Source of the DNA: a virus
Reading direction: 5' to 3' (one strand)
IMG/VR virus record: IMGVR_UViG_3300028591_004246
Span: 64,001 to 93,199 of that record
Length of the DNA stretch: 29,199 bases
Shown here: one piece after another, positions 1 through 10,065 of the stretch
How the letters are laid out: each line of letters starts with the position of its first letter
How positions within the stretch are numbered: the stretch's first letter is position 1
Position numbers and translations under genes: made by a program
The notes under the pieces: model-generated
Seen by the model: the letters and a program-made list of their open reading frames with translations, nothing else
What the model was told of the DNA's origin: nothing
The model's database searches: none

Positions 1-68
1 TTGGTGGTATAAACCAATAGAAGTAGAAAAAACTAAAATTAAAGTAGTATTACCTTGGGAAGATTAAT

Positions 69-1139
69 ATGGCTTTTTATGATAAAGATGAAGTTAAAAA
101 TGCCTTAGATATAGAAGATGTATTTGATATTTTAGAATCATTAAATGCTGAGCCAGACTTGCGGGAAGATTATATTATAGCTATTACAGTTTGTCATGGT
201 GGAGATAGTCATAAACTATATTATTATGATAATACTAAACTTTTCAAATGTTTTACTCATTGCGGAACAATGGATATCTTTGAATTATTAATGAAAATTA
301 AACAAATAGATTTAAATACTGCTGTATCTTATATTGTTAATTTCTTTAATTTGGGTTGGAAAATTAAAAATAAAGATAATATTGATAATTTTTTAGACTG
401 GAGAATATTAGATAAATATGAATATATAACTAATATTAAAATTAACAATCAAAAAGCAGTTTTTCCAGAAATTGATTCTAAAATTTTACAACATTTCCCG
501 CAACCTAGAATATTAAATTGGGAACAAGAACATATACCAAAAGAAATAAGTGATTATATGGACATTCATTATAATCCTTTAACCGGAGGTATCCTTATTC
601 CGCACACGGATGAAAATAATAGATTAATTGGTATTAGAGAAAGAACTTTAGTTCAAGAAAATGAGAAATATGGTAAATATCGTCCAGCAAGAATTAATGG
701 CAATATGTATAACCATGCTCTTGGATTTAATTTATATGGTTTCTATCAAGCTAAAGAAAATATTAAAAATACTCAAATTGCTTTAATTTTAGAAGCTGAA
801 AAAAGTGTTCTTCAAGCAATTAATTATTTAGGAATAGCAAATAATATAGCTGTTGCAGTTTGCGGATCAACCTTATCTTCATATCAATTGCAAATGCTAT
901 TGGACATAGGAGTAAAAGAAATTGCAATAGGTTTTGATGCTGATTATCAAAAAATTGGAGATAAAGAATATGAAGAAACTATAAAAAAATTTGAAAAAAT
1001 ATATAATAAATATTGTGGATATGTTAATATAAGTTTTTTATTTGATATAAATGGTGATTTATTAGAATATAAAAATTCTCCAACAGACAAAGGAAAAGAT
1101 GTATTTTTTCAATTATGGAGAAATAGAGTATTCTTATAA
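69..1139 (+). CDS. DNA primase, DnaG-like (zinc finger + TOPRIM)
   Basis: Intact 356-aa ORF with no in-frame TGA. The N-terminus carries a Cys/His zinc-binding pattern (CHGGDSH...KCFTHCG) like the primase CHC2 finger. Later acidic motifs (LILEAEKS, IGFDADYQ) fit a TOPRIM fold. It is the first gene of a replication gene cluster. Confidence 0.6.
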   Translation: MAFYDKDEVKNALDIEDVFDILESLNAEPDLREDYIIAITVCHGGDSHKLYYYDNTKLFKCFTHCGTMDIFELLMKIKQIDLNTAVSYIVNFFNLGWKIKNKDNIDNFLDWRILDKYEYITNIKINNQKAVFPEIDSKILQHFPQPRILNWEQEHIPKEISDYMDIHYNPLTGGILIPHTDENNRLIGIRERTLVQENEKYGKYRPARINGNMYNHALGFNLYGFYQAKENIKNTQIALILEAEKSVLQAINYLGIANNIAVAVCGSTLSSYQLQMLLDIGVKEIAIGFDADYQKIGDKEYEETIKKFEKIYNKYCGYVNISFLFDINGDLLEYKNSPTDKGKDVFFQLWRNRVFL

Positions 1140-1154
1140 AAGGAGGTTTTTAAA

Positions 1155-2912
1155 ATAAATATTAAAGAATATAATAGTCCAAATCCTTTATATACTCCAA
1201 TTCAACAAGTTCTTTATAACAGAGGTATTCCAATAGAAGAACAAGAAAAATGGTTAAATGCTGATTGAAGATATATTAATGATTGAAGAGCTTTTGGAGA
1301 AGAAAGGGTGCGGGAAGCAGCGTCAATTATTTATAAAGCTCTTAAAAATAATGAACGTATTTCAACAGTAGTTGACCCAGACGTTGATGGATTTACATCG
1401 GCCGCAATTATGATTAATTTTATTAATAATTATTTTCCAAAATATATTAATGAAAATTTTTACTATGTACTTCATTCTGGTAAACAACATGGTTTAGCTG
1501 ATATTGATTTACAAGATATTGTTGATAGAGGTACTAGTATAATGTGGATTGGTGATGCTGCTAGTAATGATTATGAACAACATAAGTTTTTAGTAGATAA
1601 CGGTATAGATGTAATTATTACAGACCATCACGAATGTGACGAATATAGTCCATATGCAATTACTATTAATAATCAAATGTGTGACTATCCAAATAAAAGT
1701 TTAAGCGGTGTTGGTGTTACTTGGCAACTTTGTAGAGCAATTGAAGAGATTTATCAATTAGGCGATTATACTTCTAAAATGGTTGATTTAGTTGCTTTAG
1801 GTGTTTTATCAGATATGATGGATTATCGGCAGATAGAAGTTAGAGCTTTAGTAAATCTTGGTTTAAATGCAATTACCAATCCTTTTTTCCGTGGAATGAC
1901 TATTAAGAATAAATACTCTATTGATAAAATGAATGGTATTAATTATTTTTCAACTGCTTTTTATGTAACTCCTTATATTAATGCAATCTGTAGAAGTGGA
2001 ACTCTAGCAGAAAAAGAAATTGTTTTTAAAGCTATGTGTATTCCATATGCTTTTCAAAAAATATTAACAACTAAAAGAGGTCATAAAGGTGAAACTGTTG
2101 CTTTATATGAAGAAGCTATTTTAATTGCAGATAGAGTAAAAAGACGTCAAACAAAATTACAAGATGCTTCAATGGCTTTGTTAAAAAATAAAATTGAAAA
2201 AGAGCAACTTCTTAATAATTCAGTAATAGTTCTTTTATGCAACCCTGGCGATGTAGAGCCAAACATTGCTGGATTATGTGCAAATAAAATTCAAGCAGAA
2301 TATCAACGTCCAACTCTTATCTTAATTAAAACACATCAGTTTAAAGATAAAGAAGATATTTATAGAGGCTCTGCCCGCAATTATAGTCAATGTGAAATTG
2401 AAGATTTTCGTAAAGTATGCGAAGATACTGGTGAAACAAGTTTAGCACAAGGCCATCAAGGAGCTTTCGGTTGCTGGATTCCCGAATCTAATTTAGATAA
2501 TTTTATTTTAAAAACAAATGAATATTATAAAAATCTAGATATGTCTCCTACCTATTGGGTTGATTATAATTGGAATAGTAATCAAATTGATTCTAAAATA
2601 CTTTTAGATTTAGCAGATTTAAATATTTTTGGTCAAGAAATACCAGAAGTATTTGTTGCAATAAAAGATGTTTCTTTATCAGAATCTAATGTTACTTTAA
2701 TGAGTCCTGATAAACATCCAACAATTAAGATACAAATAGGAGATGTCTCTATTATCAAATTTAAATCAAGTCAAGAAGAATATGAGAGTTTTATTCAACC
2801 AAATACAAAAATCACTTTAATAGGTAAGCCTGCTAAAAATGAATGGATGGGAAATGTATCTGCTCAGATTTTAATTGATAATTACGAATTAAAAACAGAA
2901 TGGGTATTTTAA
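1155..2912 (+). CDS. RecJ-like DHH-family ssDNA exonuclease/phosphoesterase (start codon uncertain)
   Basis: DHH motifs VVDPDVDGFTSAAIM and ITDHH are present. The reading frame is open back to the primase stop at 1137-1139. The upstream region (PLYTPIQQVLYNRGIPIEEQEKWLNADWRYINDW) resembles the RecJ N-terminus and contains two in-frame TGA codons (1266-1268, 1284-1286) read as Trp. A strong SD, AAGGAGG, sits at 1140-1146, but there is no ATG. The start is therefore placed tentatively at ATA 1155; the ORF track begins at GTG 1308. Confidence 0.6.
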
Positions 2913-2990
2913 CCTCTGCAAGCACGAATATTTAGCAAAAACACGCCTGGGAAATTTTTTAATCGAATCCCTTAAAAAGGAGAAAAACAA

Positions 2991-3158
2991 TGTCAAAAAA
3001 TAATCAAGTTCAAGATGATAATGAAAAACTTCGTAAAGATTTTAAGCGTTTTATTAATAGTAAAAAGTTTATTGATTTTATAGTTCAAAATGCTCCAGAT
3101 ATTTATGTTTCAACTATTATTTTTGAGGCTCTTGATAAAGCATTAAAGGAAATTTAAT
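2991..3158 (+). CDS. hypothetical small protein (55 aa)
   Basis: ATG preceded by AAAGGAGAAAAACA. Encodes a 55-aa basic protein (MSKNNQVQDDNEKLRKDFKRF...) that falls below the ORF-track length cut-off. It lies between the RecJ-like gene and the polymerase promoter. Confidence 0.4.
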
Positions 3159-3187
3159 TGACAACTTTTAATTTATAATGATATAAT
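3158..3187 (+). promoter_or_regulatory. sigma-70-type promoter upstream of Pol III alpha gene
   Basis: -35 TTGACA at 3158-3163, an 18-nt spacer, and an extended -10 TGaTATAAT at 3179-3187. It lies about 30 nt upstream of the GTG start at 3217, and an AAAGGTG SD follows. Confidence 0.6.
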
Positions 3188-3216
3188 ATTAATGTAAGAT
3201 AAAATAGTGACGAAAG

Positions 3217-6200
3217 GTGTCAATTTTGAATCAAAGGGTAAGCATTCATAATCACACTTATTTTAGTAATCTTCGCCTACTTGATGCTTTATCGTCACCA
3301 GAGGCGTTGATTGACAAAGCAATTGAATTAGGTCTTGCAGGAATCGGAATTAGTGACCATGAATCTTTATCAAGTCATGTTAGAGTAAATAAATATGCTC
3401 AAAAAATTAAAGAAGATTATCCAGATTTTAAAGTAATTCTAGGTAATGAAATTTATTTAACTAAAACTAGAGATTCAGGACAAAAATATTATCACTTTCT
3501 TTTAGCTGCTAAAGATGAAATTGGTCATAAAACTATGCGGGAATTATCAAGTATTGCTTGGTTAAATAGTTATTTTGATAGAGGTTTACAAAGAGTTCCT
3601 ACACTTTATGATGAATTAAAAGAAATTGTTTTAAAATATGGTAAAGGTCATCTTATTGCTAGTTCAGCATGTATAGGTTCAAATCTTGGACAAAATATTT
3701 TAAAAATGCGAGAAGCAGATATTATTGGAGATATTATTTCTCGTAAAGAAGCACATGATGATATTGTTAATCATGTATTATTTTGTCAAGATTTGTTTGG
3801 AGATGATTTTTATTTTGAAATTGCTCCAGCATTATATGAAGAACAAATTTATGTTAATCAAAAAACTTATGAATTAAGTAAAATATTTGGAACTAAAGTG
3901 ACAGTTCAAGATGATAGTCATAGAATAACTCAAGAAGATTATATCGCTCATAAAGCTCTCCTTAATAGTAAACAAGGAGAGCGAGAAGATATTGATAGTT
4001 TTTATCAATATACTTATCTTCAAAGTTATGAAGATATTAGAAAACATTTAGCTCCAACCAATTTAGATTGTGATGAACTGTTTGCTAATAGTATGGAAAT
4101 TTATAATAAAGTAGAAGAATATTCTTTACTTCATAATCAGAAAGTAGTTCAAGTAGCAGTACAAGATTTTCCTAAAAAAGAAAAAACTGAATTAGATAAA
4201 GAAAAATATCCTGTTTTAAATTCTTTATATAATAGTGACAATATTCAAGAAAGAAATTGGGTTAATCAATGTATTAATAAACTTAAAGAAAAAAATATCT
4301 TTAATGATTTATATTTAGCAGAATTAGAGTATGAAGCAGATATTCAAAAAGTTGTCGGAGAAAAATTAGGAACTTGCTTATTTGCTTATCCTCTTTTTCT
4401 TCAACACTATATTGATTTATTTTGGGAGTGCGGAAGTCCTGTTGGAGTCGCTAGAGGATCGGGCGCAGCTGGTCTTAACCACTATCTTCTTGGTATTACT
4501 CAGTTAGATCCCCTTAAAGAAGGTTTTAAATATTGGCGATTTCTTAATAAAGAGCGCCTAGAGCTACCAGATATAGATATAGATACGGCACCAGATCGAA
4601 AACAAGCAGTCTTTAGTAAAATAAGAGAAGAACGAGGTCCACTTGGTTTAGTTCAAATTTGTACATTTGGTACTCTAAGTAGTCGAGCATCTGTACAAAG
4701 TGCTTGTAGGGGTTATAGGTCAGCTGAATATCCAAATGGAATTGATGTAGATGAAGCTCAATATTTAACTTCTCTTATTGGTAGTGAGAGAGGTTTTGTA
4801 TGGAGTATCCATGATACTGTTTATGGTAATCCAGATAAAAATAGGAAACCTGTTAAAAATTTTGTTAATGCTGTTAGTAAATATCCAGGTTTATTAGATA
4901 TTATTCTTAAACTTGAAGGTTGTATATCTCATAGAGGTATTCATGCAAGTGGAGTTCTCTTTCTTGATAAAGGTCATGAGTATGATATTAATGCATTAAT
5001 GATGGCTCCTGATGGATCAATAACAACACAATATGACCTTCACGATGCAGAGTCAACTGGAAATGTTAAGTATGACTTTCTTTATACAGATGTTGAAAGC
5101 AAAATAGCTCAATGCCTACAACTTTTACAAGAACACGGTAAAATTGAAAAAGATTTAACTTTACGTGAAGCTTATAATAAATATTTACACCCAGATGTTC
5201 TTCCAATGGAAGAAGATAAGCTTTGGGATGCAATTGATAAAGCAAATATTCCTAGTCTTTTTCAATTAACTTCTATGGTTGGTTCTCAAACAGTTAAAAA
5301 ATTAAGACCTAGAAATATTAAAACATTAAATGATGTTAATGGTATTATGCGTCTTATGGCTGATGATAGTGGTGAGTCTCCAACAGATAGATATGCAAGA
5401 CTTCAAAATAATCCTCAACAATGGGAAGATGAAATGAATTATTATAATCTTACCCAAGAGGAAAAGAATGTTATTAGAGAGTATGTCAATAATGGAGTTT
5501 TAATTGATCAAGAGACTCTAATGAGAATTCTTATGGATGAAAGAATTTGTTCATTTTCTCTTAAGGAGTCTAATGCAGCTCGTAAAATCGTAGCTAAAAA
5601 ACAAATGAATCAAATTGAAAAACTTCATCAACAAATTCTTAATAAGGCAACAAGTGAAGCAATGGGAAAGTATCTATGGTTCCTCTTAGCTCCGTCTATG
5701 GGTTATTCATTCAGTTCCATTCATGGAACAAGTTATAGCTATATTGCCGTTCAATGTGCATATCTTGCCACATATTTTCCATCTATTTATTGGAATACTG
5801 CTTGTGTACGAGTAGATGCTGGATTAGGATTAGATGATACAACCGCATATGAAAAAATTGCTAGAGCATTAGGAAATATCAAAGAACAAGGTATTGGTAT
5901 TTCAACAATTGATATTAATAAATCTGGAATGTCTTTTGAACCAGATGAAAAAAACAATACAATTATTTATGGATTAAAAGCACTTAATGGAGTAGGTGGA
6001 GAAATTACTCAACAAATTATTGATAATAGACCTTATACTTCTGTTGATAATTTTAAAGAAAAAGTTAAAGTAAATAAAACTGTAATGATATCTTTAATTA
6101 AATCTGGTGCTTTTGATGAATTTGGTCCAAGAGACAAGATAATGAGAGATTATTTATATATCACGTGCGGGCCAAAGAAAAGAATTACTCTTCAAAATTT

Positions 6201-7041
6201 TAAAGGTTTAATGGATAGGAACCTTATCCCGCAAGAATTTGAATTTCAAAAAAGATTATTTGTTTTTAATAAAGCATTAAAAGCAAATTGTAAAATTGGT
6301 GATATGTATGGTATAAACTTTAATTATTATGATTTTTATGAAGAGTTTTTTGATACATCATTACTTGAACCTCTTGGTCAAGGTTTAGGAATTCCTCAAA
6401 AAACTTGGGATAAACTTTATAAAAATGGAATGGATCCTGTAAGAGATTATTTTAAAGCAAATCAACAAGAAATTTTAGATTTATTTAATAATACTCTTTT
6501 ACAAGAAGAATGGGATAAGTATGCTCAGGGAACTCTTTCTACATGGGAAATGGATTCTTTATCTTTTTATTCTCATGAACATGAATTAAGTCATATTGAC
6601 AATTCTAGATATAATATAGTAAACTATAATAGTCTTAAAAGAGAACCTGAAATTGAATATATGTTTAAAAGAAATGGACATGATATTCCTATTTATAAAA
6701 CTTTTAGAATTGCTGGAACTGTAATTGCTAAAAATAGCACTAAATCAATTGTAACTATTTTAACAACAGATAATAATGTTGTAGATGTTAAGTTTACAAG
6801 AGATTATTTTGCAAAATATAATAAAAGAATTAGCGAAATTGGCTCAGATGGGAAAAAACATATCATAGAAAAAGGATTCTTTGATAAAGGAACATTAGTA
6901 ATTATTAATGGTTTTAGACGTGGAGATATGTTTGTTTCTAAAAAATATTCAAGAACAAAAAGTCATCAATTATATAAAATTATTAAAATTAATCAAGATG
7001 GAAGTCTTGAGATAACAAATGATAGAGCAGGAGAAGAATAG
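3217..7041 (+). CDS. dnaE: DNA polymerase III alpha subunit (DnaE-type) with N-terminal PHP domain
   Basis: Uninterrupted 1274-aa ORF with a GTG start. The PHP motifs HNHTYFS...GISDHES are present. The catalytic-region motif GVARGSGAAGLNHYLLGITQLDPL matches the DnaE PGRGSAAGSLV..LGIT..DPL signature. At least 11 Trp residues are all encoded by TGG, with no TGA. Confidence 0.9.
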   Translation: MSILNQRVSIHNHTYFSNLRLLDALSSPEALIDKAIELGLAGIGISDHESLSSHVRVNKYAQKIKEDYPDFKVILGNEIYLTKTRDSGQKYYHFLLAAKDEIGHKTMRELSSIAWLNSYFDRGLQRVPTLYDELKEIVLKYGKGHLIASSACIGSNLGQNILKMREADIIGDIISRKEAHDDIVNHVLFCQDLFGDDFYFEIAPALYEEQIYVNQKTYELSKIFGTKVTVQDDSHRITQEDYIAHKALLNSKQGEREDIDSFYQYTYLQSYEDIRKHLAPTNLDCDELFANSMEIYNKVEEYSLLHNQKVVQVAVQDFPKKEKTELDKEKYPVLNSLYNSDNIQERNWVNQCINKLKEKNIFNDLYLAELEYEADIQKVVGEKLGTCLFAYPLFLQHYIDLFWECGSPVGVARGSGAAGLNHYLLGITQLDPLKEGFKYWRFLNKERLELPDIDIDTAPDRKQAVFSKIREERGPLGLVQICTFGTLSSRASVQSACRGYRSAEYPNGIDVDEAQYLTSLIGSERGFVWSIHDTVYGNPDKNRKPVKNFVNAVSKYPGLLDIILKLEGCISHRGIHASGVLFLDKGHEYDINALMMAPDGSITTQYDLHDAESTGNVKYDFLYTDVESKIAQCLQLLQEHGKIEKDLTLREAYNKYLHPDVLPMEEDKLWDAIDKANIPSLFQLTSMVGSQTVKKLRPRNIKTLNDVNGIMRLMADDSGESPTDRYARLQNNPQQWEDEMNYYNLTQEEKNVIREYVNNGVLIDQETLMRILMDERICSFSLKESNAARKIVAKKQMNQIEKLHQQILNKATSEAMGKYLWFLLAPSMGYSFSSIHGTSYSYIAVQCAYLATYFPSIYWNTACVRVDAGLGLDDTTAYEKIARALGNIKEQGIGISTIDINKSGMSFEPDEKNNTIIYGLKALNGVGGEITQQIIDNRPYTSVDNFKEKVKVNKTVMISLIKSGAFDEFGPRDKIMRDYLYITCGPKKRITLQNFKGLMDRNLIPQEFEFQKRLFVFNKALKANCKIGDMYGINFNYYDFYEEFFDTSLLEPLGQGLGIPQKTWDKLYKNGMDPVRDYFKANQQEILDLFNNTLLQEEWDKYAQGTLSTWEMDSLSFYSHEHELSHIDNSRYNIVNYNSLKREPEIEYMFKRNGHDIPIYKTFRIAGTVIAKNSTKSIVTILTTDNNVVDVKFTRDYFAKYNKRISEIGSDGKKHIIEKGFFDKGTLVIINGFRRGDMFVSKKYSRTKSHQLYKIIKINQDGSLEITNDRAGEE

Positions 7042-7059
7042 AAATATTCTTCTCCTTTT
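7030..7059 (+). terminator. perfect 11-bp stem-loop spanning the Pol III stop codon, followed by TTTT (attenuator or partial terminator)
   Basis: GGAGAAGAATA (7030-7040), loop GAAA, TATTCTTCTCC (7045-7055), then TTTTG. The TAG stop at 7039-7041 lies inside the stem. The RBS GGAGATAAAATG of the next gene follows immediately. Confidence 0.5.
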
Positions 7060-7068
7060 GGAGATAAA

Positions 7069-7383
7069 ATGAATGAATATTGATTTGTACATGAGCCTAA
7101 ACCTGAATGGGTGCGGGAATTGCAAGAACAAGGAATTTTAACTGGCCCTGAATATGCTGCTGTAACTATAGTATATACTTTTTATACAGGAGAACATAAA
7201 GATTATCTTTATGATGGAGATGCTTTAATTAAAACTACAGAAGGTATTATTGCTCCAATTTCTTATCAGTGGATAGACAGAGCTAAAAGAAAAAATCCAG
7301 ATATGAAATTATATTCACCAGTTGAAGGACAAATGGAAGAAATTCTTGCATCTATTTATTCCAATTTGGGCAAAAATAAATAA
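7069..7383 (+). CDS. hypothetical protein (104 aa)
   Basis: ATG at 7069 with SD GGAG 7-8 nt upstream. The frame is open through a TGA at 7081-7083 (Trp) and joins the track ORF 7111..7383. No recognisable motif. Confidence 0.5.
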
Positions 7384-7445
7384 ATTGTAAATTTTTAATT
7401 ATATTATAAATAAGTGAGCACAAAATCTAGTATAGGGAGGAATAG

Positions 7446-7649
7446 ATGATTACACTTTATAGTACAGGTTGTCCTCGTTGTAAAGTTTTAGAGCAAAAAC
7501 TTCAACAAAAAAATATTGATTTTAATATAGAATCAAATATGCAAACTATTATTGATATGGGTTTTAGAGCAGCTCCTATTCTTAAAGTAGATGAAAACTT
7601 TTATGATTTTGGAGGAGCTATTAAGTGGGTAAATTCATATGAAGATTAA
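7446..7649 (+). CDS. nrdH: glutaredoxin-like / NrdH-type redoxin
   Basis: 67-aa ORF with a CPRC redox motif near the N-terminus and an overall thioredoxin-fold pattern. SD GGGAGG lies upstream. It sits immediately upstream of nrdD and overlaps it by 11 nt. Confidence 0.6.
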   Translation: MITLYSTGCPRCKVLEQKLQQKNIDFNIESNMQTIIDMGFRAAPILKVDENFYDFGGAIKWVNSYED

Positions 7650-9603
7650 TATGAAATTAAACCGCAATTTTACAACTCAATATAATAAATTGCAAGGTGA
7701 ATTTGGAACAGAAATTGCAGAATTAAATGGTTTTGGAGATGAGCAACTTTCTTATACGGATTTTATTTCTAATTTTATAGATAAACAAACAGTAGCAGAT
7801 GCTTCTATTGATAGTAATTCAAATGTTAGTCATAAAGATATTGTAACTTTAGAAAGAGAAATGCCTAAACCCCACTCTAAACTTTTAGCTTTTAATAAAA
7901 TTTATTATGAAATTCAGAAGAAATATGGATTTAAAACAGCTAATGAATGGTTGCGGGCAGAGTGGATAGGTCAGCTTTATATGCACGACGCTCCATCATC
8001 AACATTTAGACACTATTGTTTTGCTTATGACTTAAAAGATTTAGCAGAAAGAGGGTTATACTTCTTTCCTGAAAGAAATGCTAAACCAGCAGAGCATTAT
8101 ACAACTTTTATTGATTTTGTAAAAGAGTTTGTTAATTATACTTGTAATCGATCTTCAGGTGCAGTAGGGTTGCCAAATCTTCTTCCATATATGTTTTACT
8201 TCTGGAAAAAAGATATAGATGACGATTATCTAGGCATACGAACTTCAGGCAATGAACGATATTATGCTGATCAGGGATTCCAACGATTTATTTACGCGGT
8301 AAACCAAAACATCATGAGAGATGGTTCACAATCAGCTTTCACAAATACATCAATTTTTGATCGGCCATATTTTGAAGCTCTTTTTGGTGGATCGACATTC
8401 CCTGATGGAACCTTTATGATTGATTATGAAGAAGAAATAATTGAATTTCAAAAATGGTATATGGAAGTTATGTCTGAAATTCGATCAACTAATATGTTAA
8501 CATTCCCAGTAAACACAATATCTCTTCTTCGTAAAGAAGGAAAATATGATTTAAACACTCTTGATGGTTTCGTTGATCAAAATTTTGCAGAGTGGGCTAT
8601 TAAACATAATATGAAATGGTCAGATTCAAATATTTTTCAAGATACATCTGTTAATAGTTTATCAAATTGTTGTCGATTAAAAAGTGATATTGCTGAGCTT
8701 GGCTATTTTAATAGCGTCGGGGGATCAGCACTTAAAGTCGGATCTGTTAAAGTATCGACAATAAATCTTGCTCGTTTAGCATTAGATACAGATTCAGAAG
8801 AAGAATATTTACAAGAACTTGAATATAGATTAATTTTAAATCTTAAAGCTCTTGATTGTGTTCGTCATATAATTCAAAGAAATGTTGACAAGGGTTTGCT
8901 TCCTAATTTTTCATATGGCTTAGTTGATTTCCCGCATCTTTATAATACAATTGGCTTCCTTGGTGTTTATGAAACAATGAAAAAATTTGGATACACTAAA
9001 GTAGATACGTTAGGTAATACTTATTATACTGATAAAGCTTCTTTGTTCGGTCAGAAAATTTTTGAAACTATTCGTGAAGTATCTAATCAATTTATTAAAG
9101 ATAATAATTTAGATTATAAGATTAATTGTGAACAAATTCCTGGTGAAAATGCAGCAGATAAATTAATGAAAAAAGATAAATTCTTTTATCCAAATGCCAA
9201 TATTTATGATTTACCATTATATGGTAATCAATTTATTCCTTTAGGAATTCAAACTACTGGGCAAGAAAGAGTTAGAATTCAAGCGCAATTTGATGCTTTC
9301 TGTAATGGAGGATCAATACTTCATTATAATATTGATGCACCTTTTACAAGTTACGAAAAAGCTTTATATATGACTAATTATATTGCTCAAAAAGGTGTTA
9401 CATATTTTGCATTTAATACTCGAATTTCTACATGTGAAGATAATCATGCATTTTATGGCAACGGGCTTTGTCCAGTCTGTGGTAAACCAAAAGATGCAGA
9501 GTTTACTAGAATTGTTGGCTTCTATACAAAAATTAACAGTTGGAGCCAGACTCGCAAAGATGAGTTTAAACTTCGTAAATGGGATAACATCAATGATAAT
9601 TAA
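7639..9603 (+). CDS. nrdD: anaerobic ribonucleoside-triphosphate reductase (class III), NrdD
   Basis: 654-aa intact ORF. It carries the conserved GGSALKVGSVKVSTINLARLAL segment, a C-terminal Zn ribbon (C..C...CPVCG), and a glycyl-radical motif TRIVGFYTK near the C-terminus. No TGA. Confidence 0.85.
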   Translation: MKINMKLNRNFTTQYNKLQGEFGTEIAELNGFGDEQLSYTDFISNFIDKQTVADASIDSNSNVSHKDIVTLEREMPKPHSKLLAFNKIYYEIQKKYGFKTANEWLRAEWIGQLYMHDAPSSTFRHYCFAYDLKDLAERGLYFFPERNAKPAEHYTTFIDFVKEFVNYTCNRSSGAVGLPNLLPYMFYFWKKDIDDDYLGIRTSGNERYYADQGFQRFIYAVNQNIMRDGSQSAFTNTSIFDRPYFEALFGGSTFPDGTFMIDYEEEIIEFQKWYMEVMSEIRSTNMLTFPVNTISLLRKEGKYDLNTLDGFVDQNFAEWAIKHNMKWSDSNIFQDTSVNSLSNCCRLKSDIAELGYFNSVGGSALKVGSVKVSTINLARLALDTDSEEEYLQELEYRLILNLKALDCVRHIIQRNVDKGLLPNFSYGLVDFPHLYNTIGFLGVYETMKKFGYTKVDTLGNTYYTDKASLFGQKIFETIREVSNQFIKDNNLDYKINCEQIPGENAADKLMKKDKFFYPNANIYDLPLYGNQFIPLGIQTTGQERVRIQAQFDAFCNGGSILHYNIDAPFTSYEKALYMTNYIAQKGVTYFAFNTRISTCEDNHAFYGNGLCPVCGKPKDAEFTRIVGFYTKINSWSQTRKDEFKLRKWDNINDN

Positions 9604-10057
9604 AGGTATTATTTCTGAAGATTTTATTAATTATAAAAAACCTTGTATGGTTATAGAATTTCCAGTTTGTAAAAATTTTAAATGCGGGCAAGCCTTATGT
9701 CAAAACGATCCATTAATAAAATATCCAGATATAGAAATTAGTTATTCTCAAATTGTTAAAAAATACATGGAAAATGATATTACACAAGCTATTGTTTTTA
9801 TGGGGCTAGAACCTTTTGATAGTCCGCATGATTTATTTCTTTTAATTGAAGAATTTAGAAAATATACAATGGATGATATTGTAATTTACACTGGATATTA
9901 CTGGAATGAAATTTCTACATATGTAGCTATGCTAGGGGATTATAAAAATATTATTATTAAATACGGTAGATACATTCCCAATCAAACTCCACACTATGAT
10001 GAAGTTTTAGGTGTAAAATTGGTAAGTGATAATCAATATGCTGCAAAGATCAGTTAG
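9593..10057 (+). CDS. nrdG: anaerobic RNR activating protein (radical-SAM), NrdG-like
   Basis: ATG at 9593 overlaps the nrdD stop (ATGATAATTAA). The 154-aa product has segments matching NrdG (AIVFMGLEPF ~ GISLSGGDPL; DIVIYTGYYWNEI ~ DIWVWTGYKLDEL). The Cys cluster is PCMVIEFPVCKNFKCGQALC. The track ORF 9383..10057 is a spurious N-terminal extension that overlaps nrdD. Confidence 0.7.
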   Translation: MIIKGIISEDFINYKKPCMVIEFPVCKNFKCGQALCQNDPLIKYPDIEISYSQIVKKYMENDITQAIVFMGLEPFDSPHDLFLLIEEFRKYTMDDIVIYTGYYWNEISTYVAMLGDYKNIIIKYGRYIPNQTPHYDEVLGVKLVSDNQYAAKIS

Positions 10058-10065
10058 GAATAAAT

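Noticed and set aside
2913-2990. Non-coding gaps (2913-2990, 7384-7445, 10309-10413, 13895-13946, 15510-15568, 17336-17414) were inspected for a suppressor tRNA
   Set aside because: None shows a cloverleaf-compatible arrangement (no GTTC-type T-arm, no acceptor-stem pairing). They are explained by terminators, promoters or RBS regions.
7405-7412. TATAAATA (a match to the T4-type late-promoter consensus) upstream of nrdH
   Set aside because: It is a single AT-rich 8-mer in an AT-rich intergenic region, in front of an early-type gene. It is not repeated upstream of the late genes within the window.
9383-9603. N-terminal 70 aa of track ORF 9383..10057, which overlaps the 3' end of nrdD in another frame
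   Set aside because: The overlapping portion has no SD and a junk-like composition. NrdG homology starts at the ATG at 9593, which overlaps the nrdD stop.
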